Below, one piece after another: positions 39,301-50,777 of a stretch of 64,000 nucleotides of DNA; within the stretch, counting starts at the first letter, position 1; each line of letters opens with the position of its first letter. Location of the stretch: contig NW_024704743.1 in assembly GCF_018977255.1 (NCBI RefSeq), positions 37,202,001-37,266,000 on the forward strand. The letters run 5' to 3'. Position numbers and translations under genes: made by a program. Origin of the DNA: Callorhinchus milii. Lineage: Eukaryota. Below the pieces are notes generated by a model. It made no database searches and was not told the origin of the DNA. It saw nothing but the letters and a program-made list of their open reading frames with translations.

Positions 39301-39847
39301 AGCATGATTGGAGAAGGAGTACTACCACCCCCCCAGTTGTGTCAGGGAATCCTTCTCCACTCAGGGATCTCTGGAAAACCATCAAGATCCTTTGTAAAGT
39401 GTTGTGACGATAAACTAACCGCATCACAGGGCCCCAGTGGACGATCTTCTCACCTTCACGCTCCCAAATTGTGCTAAGAGCGTTATAAATCTTTCCAGAG
39501 CAGGTCAGCTATGGGCCAAACCTCTGTCTGAAGGTCGCTTTGAAAGCGTTTCTGTCATTATTTGGAGAGCCTTTCTTCATATGTTTATTCAGTGGATTAT
39601 CCGAGGAGATAATTTAATGGCGAAATATGTCCTTGCAACACAGAAATATTAAAACAAAAACAGAAGTCGCTGGGAACACTCAGCAGGTCAGAAATGTTAG
39701 TACCTCTCCACCCCTCTGGCTGAGGCCTCTCTCTCTGTGAGTTAGTTGTATATTTTAACTGATAAATAAAAATGGTATATTCATAAACTGGATTTTTTGC
39801 CTTAACTCTGGGCGTTGTGAAGTTCTTGGCTCTCTGTACAATATTAT

Positions 39848-39961
39848 CGTTCGCCCACAAATATACAGTCAATTCACTTTACAGTGTGTTTTGTGAAGCG
39901 CTTTGGGACGTCCTCCTGACGTGAAAAGTGCTATATCAAATGCAAGGATTATTATTATTAT
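39848..39961 (+). mobile_element. Young 5'-truncated SINE
   Basis: Nearly identical to the family 3' end. Confidence 0.9.
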
Positions 39962-40261
39962 CATCCATGGTATGATCAGTTGATTCGCCAAACAGCTGAT
40001 CCTGAAAGCCGACAGAGCTTGTAGCGAGTGAGCATGTTTGCTCTCCGCACTTTTTCTGCCTTTGGGATTCCCGAGCAAGGTGTCTTGTGAATCTCGCGCA
40101 TCGGAACAGTTTCCGATATACTCAGCAAATCTGCTTTCCAAATATCACAAACTTAGATCTGTGAGTGGTGCTGCTGGGCCTGCTGTGATTGGGGATCTTT
40201 GCGTGCAGACTGCGGCTGATCTAAAGACGTTAACTAACCTCCGTCTGTTTTCTTCTTCCAG

Positions 40262-40363
40262 GGACTTGTGTGAAATGCAGCAAAGCGGTGCATGGAGCAC
40301 ACCAGGCCTGCCAGGCCATGGGGAACCTGTACCACGATGCCTGCTTCACCTGCAGCGCCTGCA
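40262..40363 (+). CDS. LIMD1: LIMD1 exon 2 (LIM1)
   Basis: ttcttccag|...|gtaagt. Encodes (G)TCVKCSKAVHGAHQACQAMGNLYHDACFTCSAC(S). 102 nt, phase 1-1. Confidence 0.97.
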
Positions 40364-40599
40364 GTAAGTAACATTTCTACATGCATCGCGTCCACCTGGT
40401 CTTGGGCAGGAGGAGCTGGGAGCACAGGACACAGTGGATGTCTTGAGTCCATGGTGTCCGTCGTGGAGTGCTTGGCTCTCTGCACATTATTACGCTCCAT
40501 GTTACGCTGGGAGCTATTTTATGCATCAAGCACGCATAAAATGACGTCAGCAGTAACCTGGTGAGCCAGGAATTTCCATTTATTTTGCGCCTCGTTTAC

Positions 40600-41025
40600 A
40601 ACTTGGTTAGTGGTCGCACTCTCATCTCTCAGTCAGATGGTTGTCGGTTGAAGCCCCATGTTGGGACTGGAACTCATTGAGTCCAGGTTGATGCTCCAAT
40701 GCAGTGCTGGGGGTGTGCTGCATTGTGGAGGTGCCGCCCTTCAGATGAGGTGTTAAACTGACGTCCCGTCTGCCTTGTTAAAAATCCCAAGGCACTATTC
40801 GAAAAGAAAAGGGTGTTTCTCCTGGTGTGCTGGCATCAATCCCCACAAAATAACATTAACCATTCACTTCACAGCTTTTTGTGAGACATTGTCGTGAGCA
40901 AAATTGGCTGTCACATTTGCCCACAAAACACACAGTCACTGCACTTCATAGTAAATCCTGTGAAGTGTTTTGGGACATCCTCCCAATGTGAAAGGCGTTA
41001 TATCAAATGTAAGGATTATTATTAT
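40600..41025 (+). mobile_element. Older Deu-domain-type SINE, near full length
   Basis: Degenerate tRNA head, GGAGGTGCCGCCCTTCAGATGAGG core and the shared tail. Confidence 0.8.
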
Positions 41026-41031
41026 ACCATA

Positions 41032-41158
41032 TTAATAATAATAATAATCCTTGCATTTGATATAGCGCTTTTCACGTCGGGAGGACGTCCCAAAGCGCTT
41101 CACAGAACACACTGTAAAGCGAATTGACTGTATAGTTGTGGGCGAACGCGGCAGCCAA
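41032..41158 (-). mobile_element. Young 5'-truncated SINE
   Basis: Nearly identical to the family 3' end. Sits tail-to-tail with the 40600-41025 element. Confidence 0.9.
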
Positions 41159-41805
41159 AGTATTGATTGATTGGAGGTGTGGATTGGTTGATTTTTTTTA
41201 TTGGCTGCCGAGGGTTGCGTGAGAATTTGTTTGCTTGCAATGCTCAGTGTAACCTTCAACAGAAGTAGGTTTCTGACTCCAAAGCCTCTGCTCAAATGCA
41301 CAGTGTCGTTGTGGAGCAGGGGGGACCTGAGCTGGGGCACTGAGTTATACAGTACTTCAGGAAACGCAATGTTGGTTTTAGACCCTGAGCATCTGTTTGC
41401 ATAATGCAGGGTCTATTTAAAGAGCAGGCTGCTAGCTTTAAATAAAGTGGGCGGGGGAGCAGGACTTCCTCTGCTGTTCCATTCTTCGTGTTGTCTGTCA
41501 CCTGCAGTTTTCAACTACTAGCATCTGAATGTTAGGCCACGACTTCTGAGTATAGGGGTTACTTGAATGTGTTTCCTTGAATGGCTCTGGCCTCCTGCTT
41601 GTTCCTCGTGCCCTCTGTTCCACCATCAATGGCCGCACTTTCAACCACCATGCCCCGAAACTCTGGAACACTCTTCCTCTATCTATCCCTCCGCATTGCC
41701 CCTTCCTTCCCCATCTTCAGGTGGCATCTGAGACCTTCCTCTTCGACTGTGCTTAAGGTCACCTCCCTTTCCCTCCGGCTCGGCGTTGTGCTCCACCACT
41801 GTCTC

Positions 41806-41979
41806 AATAAATAAATAATAAATTGGTCATTCATTCCACGACTGTTTGTGGGACACTGCTGTGCGCAATTGGCTGCCGAGTTTTGCCCACAAAATATACA
41901 ATCAATTCACTTTACAGTATATTCTCGAAGACGTCTCGAAGACTTGATAAGGCTCTATATCAAATGCAAGGATTATTAT
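41806..41979 (+). mobile_element. SINE 3' half nested in an L2 3' end (L2 at ~41580-41805 and ~41980-42040)
   Basis: The L2 tail CCACCACTGT...AAGTGCTCTGGGATGCTAC is split by the SINE. Confidence 0.82.
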
Positions 41980-42239
41980 AAGTGCTCTGGGATGCTACGC
42001 TGTGTGAGGGGCACTATGTAAGTGCAAGTTGCTTTTTGTTATTGAATGGTGACCTGGCTCTTTTTTTAAATGTTGCAACAGTTAGTCACTGAGTCAAAAG
42101 CTTATTTTTGTTGCGGAGCAAACATATTCCCCTCCGCTGGGGCTGCTCTTCCCAGTGCTGACTGACAGTGGGTGGGCAGGTGCGAGGATAAATTAGTGCT
42201 GTTACCCATCAAGTATTATCTGCATTAAGCTCTGTGAGC

Positions 42240-42655
42240 TGATCACCCCCACCCAGCCTCGCCCAGCTTCACTGGCTCCTTATCCCCCAGACGATCCAGT
42301 TTAAAATCCTTGTCCTCACTTTTAAAGCCCTCCACAGTCTTGCTCCTCCCTAATACCTCTTTGATCTCCTAAAACCCTACCAACCTTTTCACTCCCTCCG
42401 CTCAGCAGGTACTGGGCTGCTCCATGTCCCTTTAGCCTTTCTGTCTCCCACTCTCTGGAATTCGATCCCCAAGCCGCCGCCTTGCTCCCTCCCTTTCCTT
42501 CTCAAGACCTTCCTCTTTGACCATGCCTTTGGTCATCTTGCCAACCCCCTTGCCCTCCTGACTCTAGCCCACACTCGGGTGCAAACCTTTTATTACCCAA
42601 CATCTTGGGACATCCTCCCAACATGAAAGTTGCTATATAAATAGAATTAGTTGTC
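42240..42655 (+). mobile_element. L2-clade LINE 3' fragment
   Basis: LAQLHWL..IQFKILVLTFKAL-like sequence and tail. Confidence 0.85.
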
Positions 42656-43724
42656 ATATTGTTTCTGCAGATTCACAGACCGACAGATAGAAACATAAAT
42701 ACGCAAATGTATGTAGGTTATACAGAGTTTCACATTGTTCCTGGGGCGAGAGTCTGGGAAGTTCCAACCCACTGTGTCTTGTGCCCGGCGGCTTGGTGCT
42801 GTGACACTTTTTGATCTCTCAGTACTGGGTGGTGGGGTAGGGGGGTGCAGAGCGGAGTTTGCATGGGAGGGGCAGAGGGGAAAGGGTGAACTGTAGGCGA
42901 GGCTCTCTGAGATCTTCTAAGCAGGAGTGGAAGAAGCCCGCGGCTGAGTTAAACAGCAGATTTGTGTGGGATGACCATGTTGGGGTGGGGGGAGGGAGTA
43001 GGTTGTGGAGGAGGAATGGACTATGGGAGTCCAAGCCTAGCCAGTTGCCTCCAGACTCTCTAAACCAGGAGATTGTTGCTTGGCACAGCCCGACCGGCAG
43101 AAAGGACACAGACCCAACTCTGCTGTGAGAGTTTGATGCATTATTGTCGAGTTTAAAACTGAGAAAATAGTCCCAGTCTGAGTGAGGCCTTATTATACAA
43201 GTCAGCTGCTCCAGCCCAGTCTCTGGGGACGTTTGGATTCCACTCCTTGCGTTGTCAGCCAGACATTCGTCGGCCCACCCCCACTCGATGAGTGTGGAAC
43301 GTTCTGGAATGTTAATACCAGTCCAACGAAGGGAGATTACTACAGTCCAGTACAAGTGGGATCAGCTGCGTTTTTCTGGTTAAAATTAGCAATCGCAAGG
43401 CTGTCCAACTGGGGCCCAAGTTCCATATTCAAAGTATCCTCTCGGTGATCTGAAACTGACGGGAATCAATCCCTTTCCCACGGTAACTGAGGTTTTATTA
43501 ACCCCACAATTCCTCGCACTTTAATCATAATAATTCTTGCATTTGATGCAGCACCTTTCATGTCAGGAGGACATCCCAACGCACTTCACAGGATTTTAGT
43601 GTGAAGTGCAGTAACTCTGCACTTCGTTGAAGGTCGCAGCAGTCAATTTCCGCACAGCAATGTCCCACAAAAAGTCATGAAGTGAATGACCAATTTTATT
43701 TGGCGGACTGTTGACCTGGCAAAT

Positions 43725-44163
43725 CTCCATAACCCCATCTCACCAGTTCCAGCCAGGCTCCACTGGTTCCCCATCACCGAGCGGATCGACTTGAAGATCG
43801 TAACACTTGTGCTCAAATCCATTCACTCCCTGACCCCTCCCTACCTCTCCGACCGCCTCACTTCCCAATTCACCACCCGGTGCCTCCGCTCAACTAGCAC
43901 CGGCCTCTTACTTGTCCCTCACATACTCGCTCCACCATTGGAAGTCCCGCTTTCAGCCACTACACCCCAAAACTCTGGAACACTCTCCCTCAATCCCTCT
44001 GCCTTACCTCCCCTCTCCCCTTTTTCAAGTCTCGTCTGAAAACCTTCCTTTTCGACCATGATTATGGTCACCTCCACCCGCGGCTCGGATTCAGGCTCCG
44101 CCACTGTTAAGCGTTCTGAGACGTTACCCTGCGTAAAGGGTACTATATAAGTGCAAGTTGTCA
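43725..44163 (+). mobile_element. L2-clade LINE 3' fragment (second subfamily)
   Basis: PISPVPARLHWFPITERIDLKIVTLVLKSIH and tail CCACTGTTAAGCGTTCTGAGACGTTACCCTG. Related pieces at ~15715-16030, 27363-27580(-), 28540-28680 and 52005-52268. Confidence 0.85.
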
Positions 44164-44406
44164 CTGATCAGTGCTCCACATGTAACTGAGTTCTACATCT
44201 GCCTTGTAGTGAGCGGGAGGTTTGTGCATTCTCTAATGCTGTTAGGTGTTGTATACAGATAATTACGCCTCTCAGTGGGCTCATGCCAGTGGTCACGCTG
44301 CAGAGACCACCATAAAGCCAACAGTTTCCCAAAGGAGTTGCTCTCAGCAGCATTTGCATAGTTGGAGTTAACTTGATCCTCTGTTCCTTCTCCTCTCTCG
44401 AAGTAT

Positions 44407-44521
44407 GTTCGCCCACAAATATACAGTCAATTCACTTTACAGTAGATTCTGTGAAGCGCTTTGGGACGTCTAGAAGATGTGAAAAGCGCTATATCAAATG
44501 CAAGGATTATTATTATTATTA
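44407..44521 (+). mobile_element. Young 5'-truncated SINE
   Basis: Family 3' end with an (ATT)n tail. Confidence 0.9.
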
Positions 44522-44764
44522 CTTTTGGTGTTGGCCTGGCTCAGTTGGTAGCACTCTCACTACTGGGGCAGAAGATTGTAAGCTGAAGCCTTAAGTCAGG
44601 ACTTTATGCTCATAGTCAAGCGCCCTAGGATATTTTTCCGAAGTGAAGAGCGCTATACAAGTGTAATTTGTTGTTGTTTTGTGTTTTTAGTCATGGGAAT
44701 GAATAGTTCCTTCACTTTTTGTGAATGAAAACAGCATATTTAATTTGTTGCTTGTTCTCCGCAG

Positions 44765-44832
44765 GTAGAAGATTGCGTGGGAAAGCGTTCTACTTTGTCA
44801 ACGGAAAAGTTTATTGTGAGGAGGATTTTCTG
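44765..44832 (+). CDS. LIMD1: LIMD1 exon 3 (end of LIM1)
   Basis: ttctccgcag|...|gtgagc. Encodes (S)[22 protein letters not shown]. 68 nt. Confidence 0.97.
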
Positions 44833-45785
44833 GTGAGCGTGATTTCTGTGCTGTGACCTGCCCTGGTTCACTCCACACAATCAACAATGTCGCTGGTGTC
44901 TTTGGGAAGAGGGCACCACCACGCATCCTCTTGGGTTCATCCAGTGCTTTTAGTACAACACAGTACTAGTTTACATTTATATAGCACCTTTCACATCGGG
45001 AGGAAGTCCCATAGTGCTTAACAGTAGTGCCTGGGCACCCTAGCTGGAGGTGGGAGCCAAGTGGGGTGGGATCAAAGTGTGTTTAAAGAGGTAGATCTTG
45101 AAATGGACCTTGAACGAGTTGAGGGTGGGAGTGAAGTAATCCCCCTCCCCTGTCCATCCATTTAATTTCCTTCCTCAGAATAGCTGTCGGCACTTTGAGC
45201 TCACAATTTAGGTTGACGCTCCAATGCAATACTGGGGGAGCACTGTATTGTCAAAGGTGCCATTCGTCAGATGAGGCTTTCAAACCCAGATCCTGTCCGC
45301 CTGTTCAGGTGGTTGTTAAAGGTCTCCGTGGTGCTATTCGAAAAGCGAGAAGTGAGTTTGTCCTGACCAGCTGTGCTCCAGATTAGTTGGTCATTTATCT
45401 TATGCCAGTTTCAGGGACATTGCTGTGCAGCCACGTTTGAAACAGAATATAGTCACTAATAATTATTCTGAAGGGTTTATGAACCCCTTATGAACATGTT
45501 GAAGTTTTGGGTGCTATAAAAACGCAAGATTCTTACGGGTCCGGGGGAAATCACACTGCTGTCAATCAACCCAGATTCAGAGTAATTAATTAATCGCACA
45601 CTATGGCTCAAGATAGAAGGTGACGTTTTTGGAGGAATGAGTCTCTGGGATGGGAAACTAAATCTTTAAACAATCTAAATACACATCCCATTGTCACCTT
45701 GTGTTGACTATAAGCAGATCAGTGGTATCTTAAGTGAATCTCTCTCCTCTCCTGCTCACACTCTTATCTCTCTTTTTCTCCACAG

Positions 45786-45848
45786 TACTCTGGCTTCCAG
45801 CAATCCGCTGACAAATGCTTTGCTTGTGGGCACCTGATAATGGAGATG
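45786..45848 (+). CDS. LIMD1: LIMD1 exon 4 (start of LIM2)
   Basis: ttctccacag|...|gtgagt. Encodes YSGFQQSADKCFACGHLIMEM. 63 nt. Confidence 0.97.
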
Positions 45849-46768
45849 GTGAGTGCTGCAGAACACCTCAGGCTGAGTTGTATGCTATCCCTGGGTGTTT
45901 AACTGCCTCTTCACCAATACTGTTTAATGTTCTCCTCCTGCACTCCTTCTGTCATGCCCTTAATTCCTCACTTCATGGCTTCCACAACTGCCAACCCCAG
46001 TTCCTCACCTGGGGGATGTGCAGCTTAAATACCCCATCCAGTCATTCCAGACATAAGAGTGGACACAATCTGCAGTTCCATTTCTGGGTGACCACTCCAA
46101 TGGACACAGTGTGGCTATTGCATAGACTTGTTTGTTTTGCCAGCCTTATATGACAGTTGAATTCCTGAGCGCAGGTACAGGAGGAGGCCATTCAGCCCAT
46201 CGAGCCTGTGCCATTAGTTTATTAGAACGTGGCAGATCTTTAATCCCATTATTCCACATTCCTTCCCATTTTTCTTAATAACCTTCCTTATTAAGTATCA
46301 AGTATTACCAAGTAACCTTTTAAATATCCCAGTTGATTCACGTACCAGCTCTTTCCCTTAATGGTTTTACTGCTCAGACGTGTGTTCCATTCCCCTTTTG
46401 AATGATCAGCCGAACCTGGTTGGAGTTTTGAACATAAACTGTGCCAGAGATTGATCCCCAGTGGAGGGGACTGCTTGCAGAGGAAAAAGCACTTCAGACA
46501 CCCACAGCTTGGTATAGCAGGTATAGGCGTGACCTACAAAATACAACAAAAACTTGCATTTATATAGACAGTAACTACACTTTACTGTAAATCCTGTGAA
46601 ACACCTCCAGAAGGCGATGTGAAAGGCGCTATATCAATGCAAGGATTGTTATGTGATTATTATAACTAGTTGCTTAAAGAATGCTCTGAGGTTGAGGGTT
46701 GCGCACGTTCCCTTATGGTATAGCGCTCTGGGCCATTCCTCCTCACTGATGCCTTTTGTCCACATTAG

Positions 46769-46899
46769 ATTCTCCAAGCCTTGGGCAAGTCATATCACCC
46801 TGGATGTTTCCGATGCGTTGAATGCAACGAGTGTCTGGATGGAGTCCCGTTCACTGTAGATACAGAGAATAAGATCTACTGCATAAGGGATTACCACAA
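46769..46899 (+). CDS. LIMD1: LIMD1 exon 5 (LIM2)
   Basis: gtccacattag|...|gtaagc. Encodes [43 protein letters not shown](K). 131 nt. Confidence 0.97.
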
Positions 46900-47189
46900 G
46901 TAAGCCTATCTCTCTCGTTCAGTGCTAGTAACACACAGGATCTTGCTGGGTGAAAAATGGGCAGCGTGTTAGTCTACACAAATAGTCCGTACACTTTTTA
47001 TATGTCCGTACAGCACCATTTCTACTTAAATAGCATTTATGTAGCCGTTCACTTGGCTAATGTCTGGGAAAGCTTTACGGTGACAGGGTTGTATACTGAG
47101 AGTGGGAAGAAAGGGAGGGAAGCTCTATTGAGATGTTTCGATGCTACAGACATTTGTTTATGGATGGACATTATTTCTGCATCTCAGTC

Positions 47190-47395
47190 CTAATGTTAAG
47201 ATCATTGCGTTAACATTTAAGATCGTGGAGAATGTTTGGAAAATTCTTAAATTGAGTTATAAAGTGGAATTCATAACTGCAGAAAAAACAACTTCAAATT
47301 AAGACCAGAAGAATCTTGAATTGTTGTAAGAATTTTCATAAATTGGGCACGACCTTAAACTTTATGACGACTGTCTTGAGGCTTATATCTAAGGT
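47190..47395. repeat. Old imperfect-palindromic dispersed repeat (MITE-like)
   Basis: TTTAAGATCGTGGAGAATGTTTGGAAAATTCTTA pairs with TAAGAATTTTCATAAATTGGGCACGACCTTAAA. Homologous copies at ~16870-17070 and ~56540-56750. Confidence 0.65.
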
Positions 47396-48229
47396 CTTTT
47401 AGACCTCTGTAGTCTCCTTCCTCTCATCCAGCTGTTTCTCCTTAAGATATTAGCTGTGCTCAGGGTGGCCAGCATTCTTTGATGGTGTAAAGTGAGACGG
47501 GTGGATGAGATGCCTGTTGTGCGTCATCACTGTCAGACCATTTACCATTAAAGATGTTGGAGGAGTTTCCATTATTCAGGCCATTAAACGGGGATCTTGA
47601 GTATTGGGGTCAGTGTCAGGAATGTTGAGTTCTCATCCCTTAGGTGAGCTGAAGCTATTCAATTATTAACTGACTGGCATGGATTACAGCACAGGACGGC
47701 TGAGCCCAGCTCTCAGCTTGCTCATTAATTACATTGTGCTTTGTTTGTTAGCTGGTTCCTGCCTGCTTCACAGTCTGAGTTATTGCTGTGGTTGTGTGGC
47801 CCATCTCCAGGATTACTTCAGGTGACTGTTTCATGGCTAAATGCCGCTGTCCCTGCTCCCAATGACCAGGAAGTTGTGTGTCTCTCTGTGTGGACACTGA
47901 AGGTGACAGCACGGTTCTAGCTTTGTTTTGACACTCGATGTGTTTTACCCACAAAATACACAGTCAAATCCACTTTGCAATATATTCTGTGAAGCGCTTT
48001 GAGACATCTCAACGAAGTGATAAGGCGCTATACCAAATGGCAGGATTATTATTAAGCATTTGGAAAAAAAACGACACGTTCGGGAAAATGACGATGAGAC
48101 TGACGTGCCAGAAAAGGCTCTTGGGGATGTGAAGGAAATAGCTTCTCCTGGGGATAAATCCATGAGTGTGACTTCAACCCAGAGGAACTCACTCAGTGGT
48201 GCATGGCGATGGGTGGGGATTTGCACTTA

Positions 48230-48830
48230 GGTCCTGAGATCCCTTTTTCCCTGTGACAAAGCCTTACTTCCACTGCTCTTTTTAACCCCAATAATCATGT
48301 TGGTTCGGACTCTTGCTGGGTGACTTTTCCGTGGGTGGATGCCAGTCACCCTCTGGTATATTACCTGAATGCCATTATTTACCTCAGAGCCTCGCCGTTG
48401 AATGTAGGTGAGCTGTTTATCCCCAAAGCAGAGCAGGGCATCATAGCTGAGTCGAATTCCGGGTGTAAACCAAAGTCCCACAACACCTCTTCCAGCAAGT
48501 GTTACTGGGTTGGAGCTGATGGATTTTTCCCCTACATCTGATGCCCTTTCTGAAAAAGAAAGGTAGGATGAAGTTTTGGCCTTCAGAGTGATACAGTATA
48601 TACAAGGCTGTGTTGTCCTGGCTGCTCTTTCACTGAGGCTCGGAGCATTCAGCACCATTAGGCTTTTTAGTGATCATTGCTCCTGTTTTCTGGTTGAAAA
48701 TGTTGGAACCTGTAGAGTAGTGAATGACGTTGCAACAGCTCAGAGGATCTGTGAGAACTGGGAAAGGGGCCAGAGACTCTTCAGTGAATACACCAGGATG
48801 GCATCTCAGTGACAACACCTGCTTTTCATC
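48230..48830 (-). mobile_element. Possible highly decayed DIRS-type tyrosine-recombinase remnant
   Basis: Collinear weak motifs across frames: SLKSLMVL..S, QNFILPFFF, ALLCFGDKQ, IQVIYQRVTGIHP and VRTNMIIGV. These loosely resemble the DIRS YR motifs TLKT.FLL, NQ.I.LP.F, LFVCFG.K, I..AY...G..PP and RAHSTRGV. Confidence 0.28.
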
Positions 48831-49725
48831 AGAAACTGGCCGGGGAGCATTTTTTAAAAATTATGCCGTAACTTTCCAAAAAAGCTAAGGCAGAATTTTC
48901 CATTGTGTCAAGCCCAGCAGTGCGCTTGTTAATTAAACTGGCAGTGTTTATAGGTCCAGACACAGACATTAGTTTTCCACACAGAGGTGCCACGTGTTAC
49001 AGCAGATAGAAAACAAGCACGAGAAGTAAGATTATTCTTTGCACCTGTGTGAAGCCCGTGAAAATAAGTTGCTGCTGTGACAAAATAGCATTAACGGGCA
49101 GCTCAGGCTACAGCCTAACACCCCTTAAAATGATTTAAGAAAAAAAAACAAGCTTGAAGTGTTAAAAAATGCTTTGAATCACAACTGTCTTCCCTCAGCA
49201 GTGTCTTGTCATAAATGTTATAAATGTATCTCTGCTTCAGAACTTGAAAAGTATGTAAGCTAATTAAATTTAATGCATATACAAGCTACAATAATATTGT
49301 TCCTTCACCAGACAGACAACCAAATGAAATGTGGCAGTCTTTGATATGCCAGTGGATCTGATCGATGTCCCTAAGATGTGACAATGATTTTTGTTATTGA
49401 CTTTGTTGTTCAGGCTCTTAGTCATTTAATGTGTCTTGCCTATTTTAAAGAAAACAACTGCTTTGGTCAATGGAATGTTTAAATAGTGCTGATTTTCTAA
49501 TATTTTAGGATGCCAGTGTGGCTCAGTTGGAATTGCTCCTCCCTCACTTCAGGGTTATAAGGTTGTGAGCTCAAAGCCCAATATTGGGTCTTGAGATTAA
49601 CAGTCTAGACTGACAGTCCAGTGAAATGTCTAGTGAGTGCTGAATTATCAGAGGTGCATCCATCGACTTTTGGGATAGAGAAAAGATCTCTTTTTTGTGC
49701 CTATTTTAGAAATCCTTTGAATATT

Positions 49726-50027
49726 TGTGGAGTCCTGTAGCTCAGTGGTTAGAGCGCTCGCCTCTCAATCGAGAGACCTCTGTTTGATTCCCAGCAGGAT
49801 GAAACCTTGGGCAAGTTTCCTTATAATAATAATCTCTCAAGAAAAAAATAATAAATTGATCACTTCAATCCACGACTGTTTGTGGGACACTGCTGTGTGC
49901 AATTGGCTGCCGCGTTTCGCCCACAAATATACGGTCAATTCACTTTACAGCATATTCTGTGAAGCGCTTTGAGACATCTAGAAGACATGAAAAGCGCAAA
50001 ACAAAATGCAAGGATTATTATTATTAT
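49726..50027 (+). mobile_element. tRNA-derived SINE, same family
   Basis: TGTGGAGTCCTGTAGCTCAGTGG head and GCAAGGATTATTATT tail. Confidence 0.9.
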
Positions 50028-50071
50028 TCTCGTCAGGAACTGTGGCCAACGTGTGACTTCACTAGACTCTG

Positions 50072-50455
50072 GTGTCAGCCTGGCTCAGATGGTAGCTTGC
50101 TCACCTCTGGGTCACAGGATTATTGGTTCAAGTTTGAGCTCGGGTGTTTGAGCTCGTCATTGTAGGCCGCCACTTCAGTGGACTGCTGCATTGTCGGAGG
50201 CGCGTCCTTTGAACGAGATGTTAAACTGATGTCCCATCTGCCTGTTCTTCGTAGATGTTAAAGATCCCATGGCACTAGTAACAAAGATAAGGGAGTTTCT
50301 CCTGGTGTCTGACCAACAATCCTAGAAATTCATTGGTCATTCACTTCATGGCTGTTTGTGGGTCCTTGTTTTGAACAAATTGGCTGCCACATTTTCCCTC
50401 AAATACACAGTCATTAAACTTCATAGGAATTATTTGTGAAGCACTTTGAGTTGTT
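50072..50455 (+). mobile_element. Older Deu-domain-type SINE
   Basis: GTGTCAGCCTGGCTCAG head and AAAGATCCCATGGCACTA core. Similar copies at ~17226-17640(-), 21600-21870(-), 23400-23780(+), 35420-35670(-) and 45190-45530(+). Confidence 0.8.
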
Positions 50456-50725
50456 TTCATGCTATAGGTTGCATTTCAAGGAAAGGTTCTGTTACAAAAC
50501 TGAATTGGTTCTTGTTTGGCCAAGTGAATGCTGCATGTTGTTGTACATGATGTTTTCAGTGATTACTGACCCTGTACAGTGTTCATCTAATCTGGAAAAT
50601 GTATGGAATGAGCTCCTTTGAACAAAGTGAGCTGAAGAGTTCCCAGTGTATGGTGGGCTTTGTGATGTGTGTGGAAGCTTATGGTTGTGTGACATATAGC
50701 ACTTTTAACATGTTTTCTCTTTCAG

Positions 50726-50777
50726 AGTGTTGGCTCCAAAGTGTGCAGCGTGTGGTCAGGCCATCCTGCCAACCGAG
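50726..50777 (+). CDS. LIMD1: LIMD1 exon 6 (start of LIM3)
   Basis: ttctctttcag|...|gtcagt. Encodes (K)VLAPKCAACGQAILPTE. 52 nt. Confidence 0.97.
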
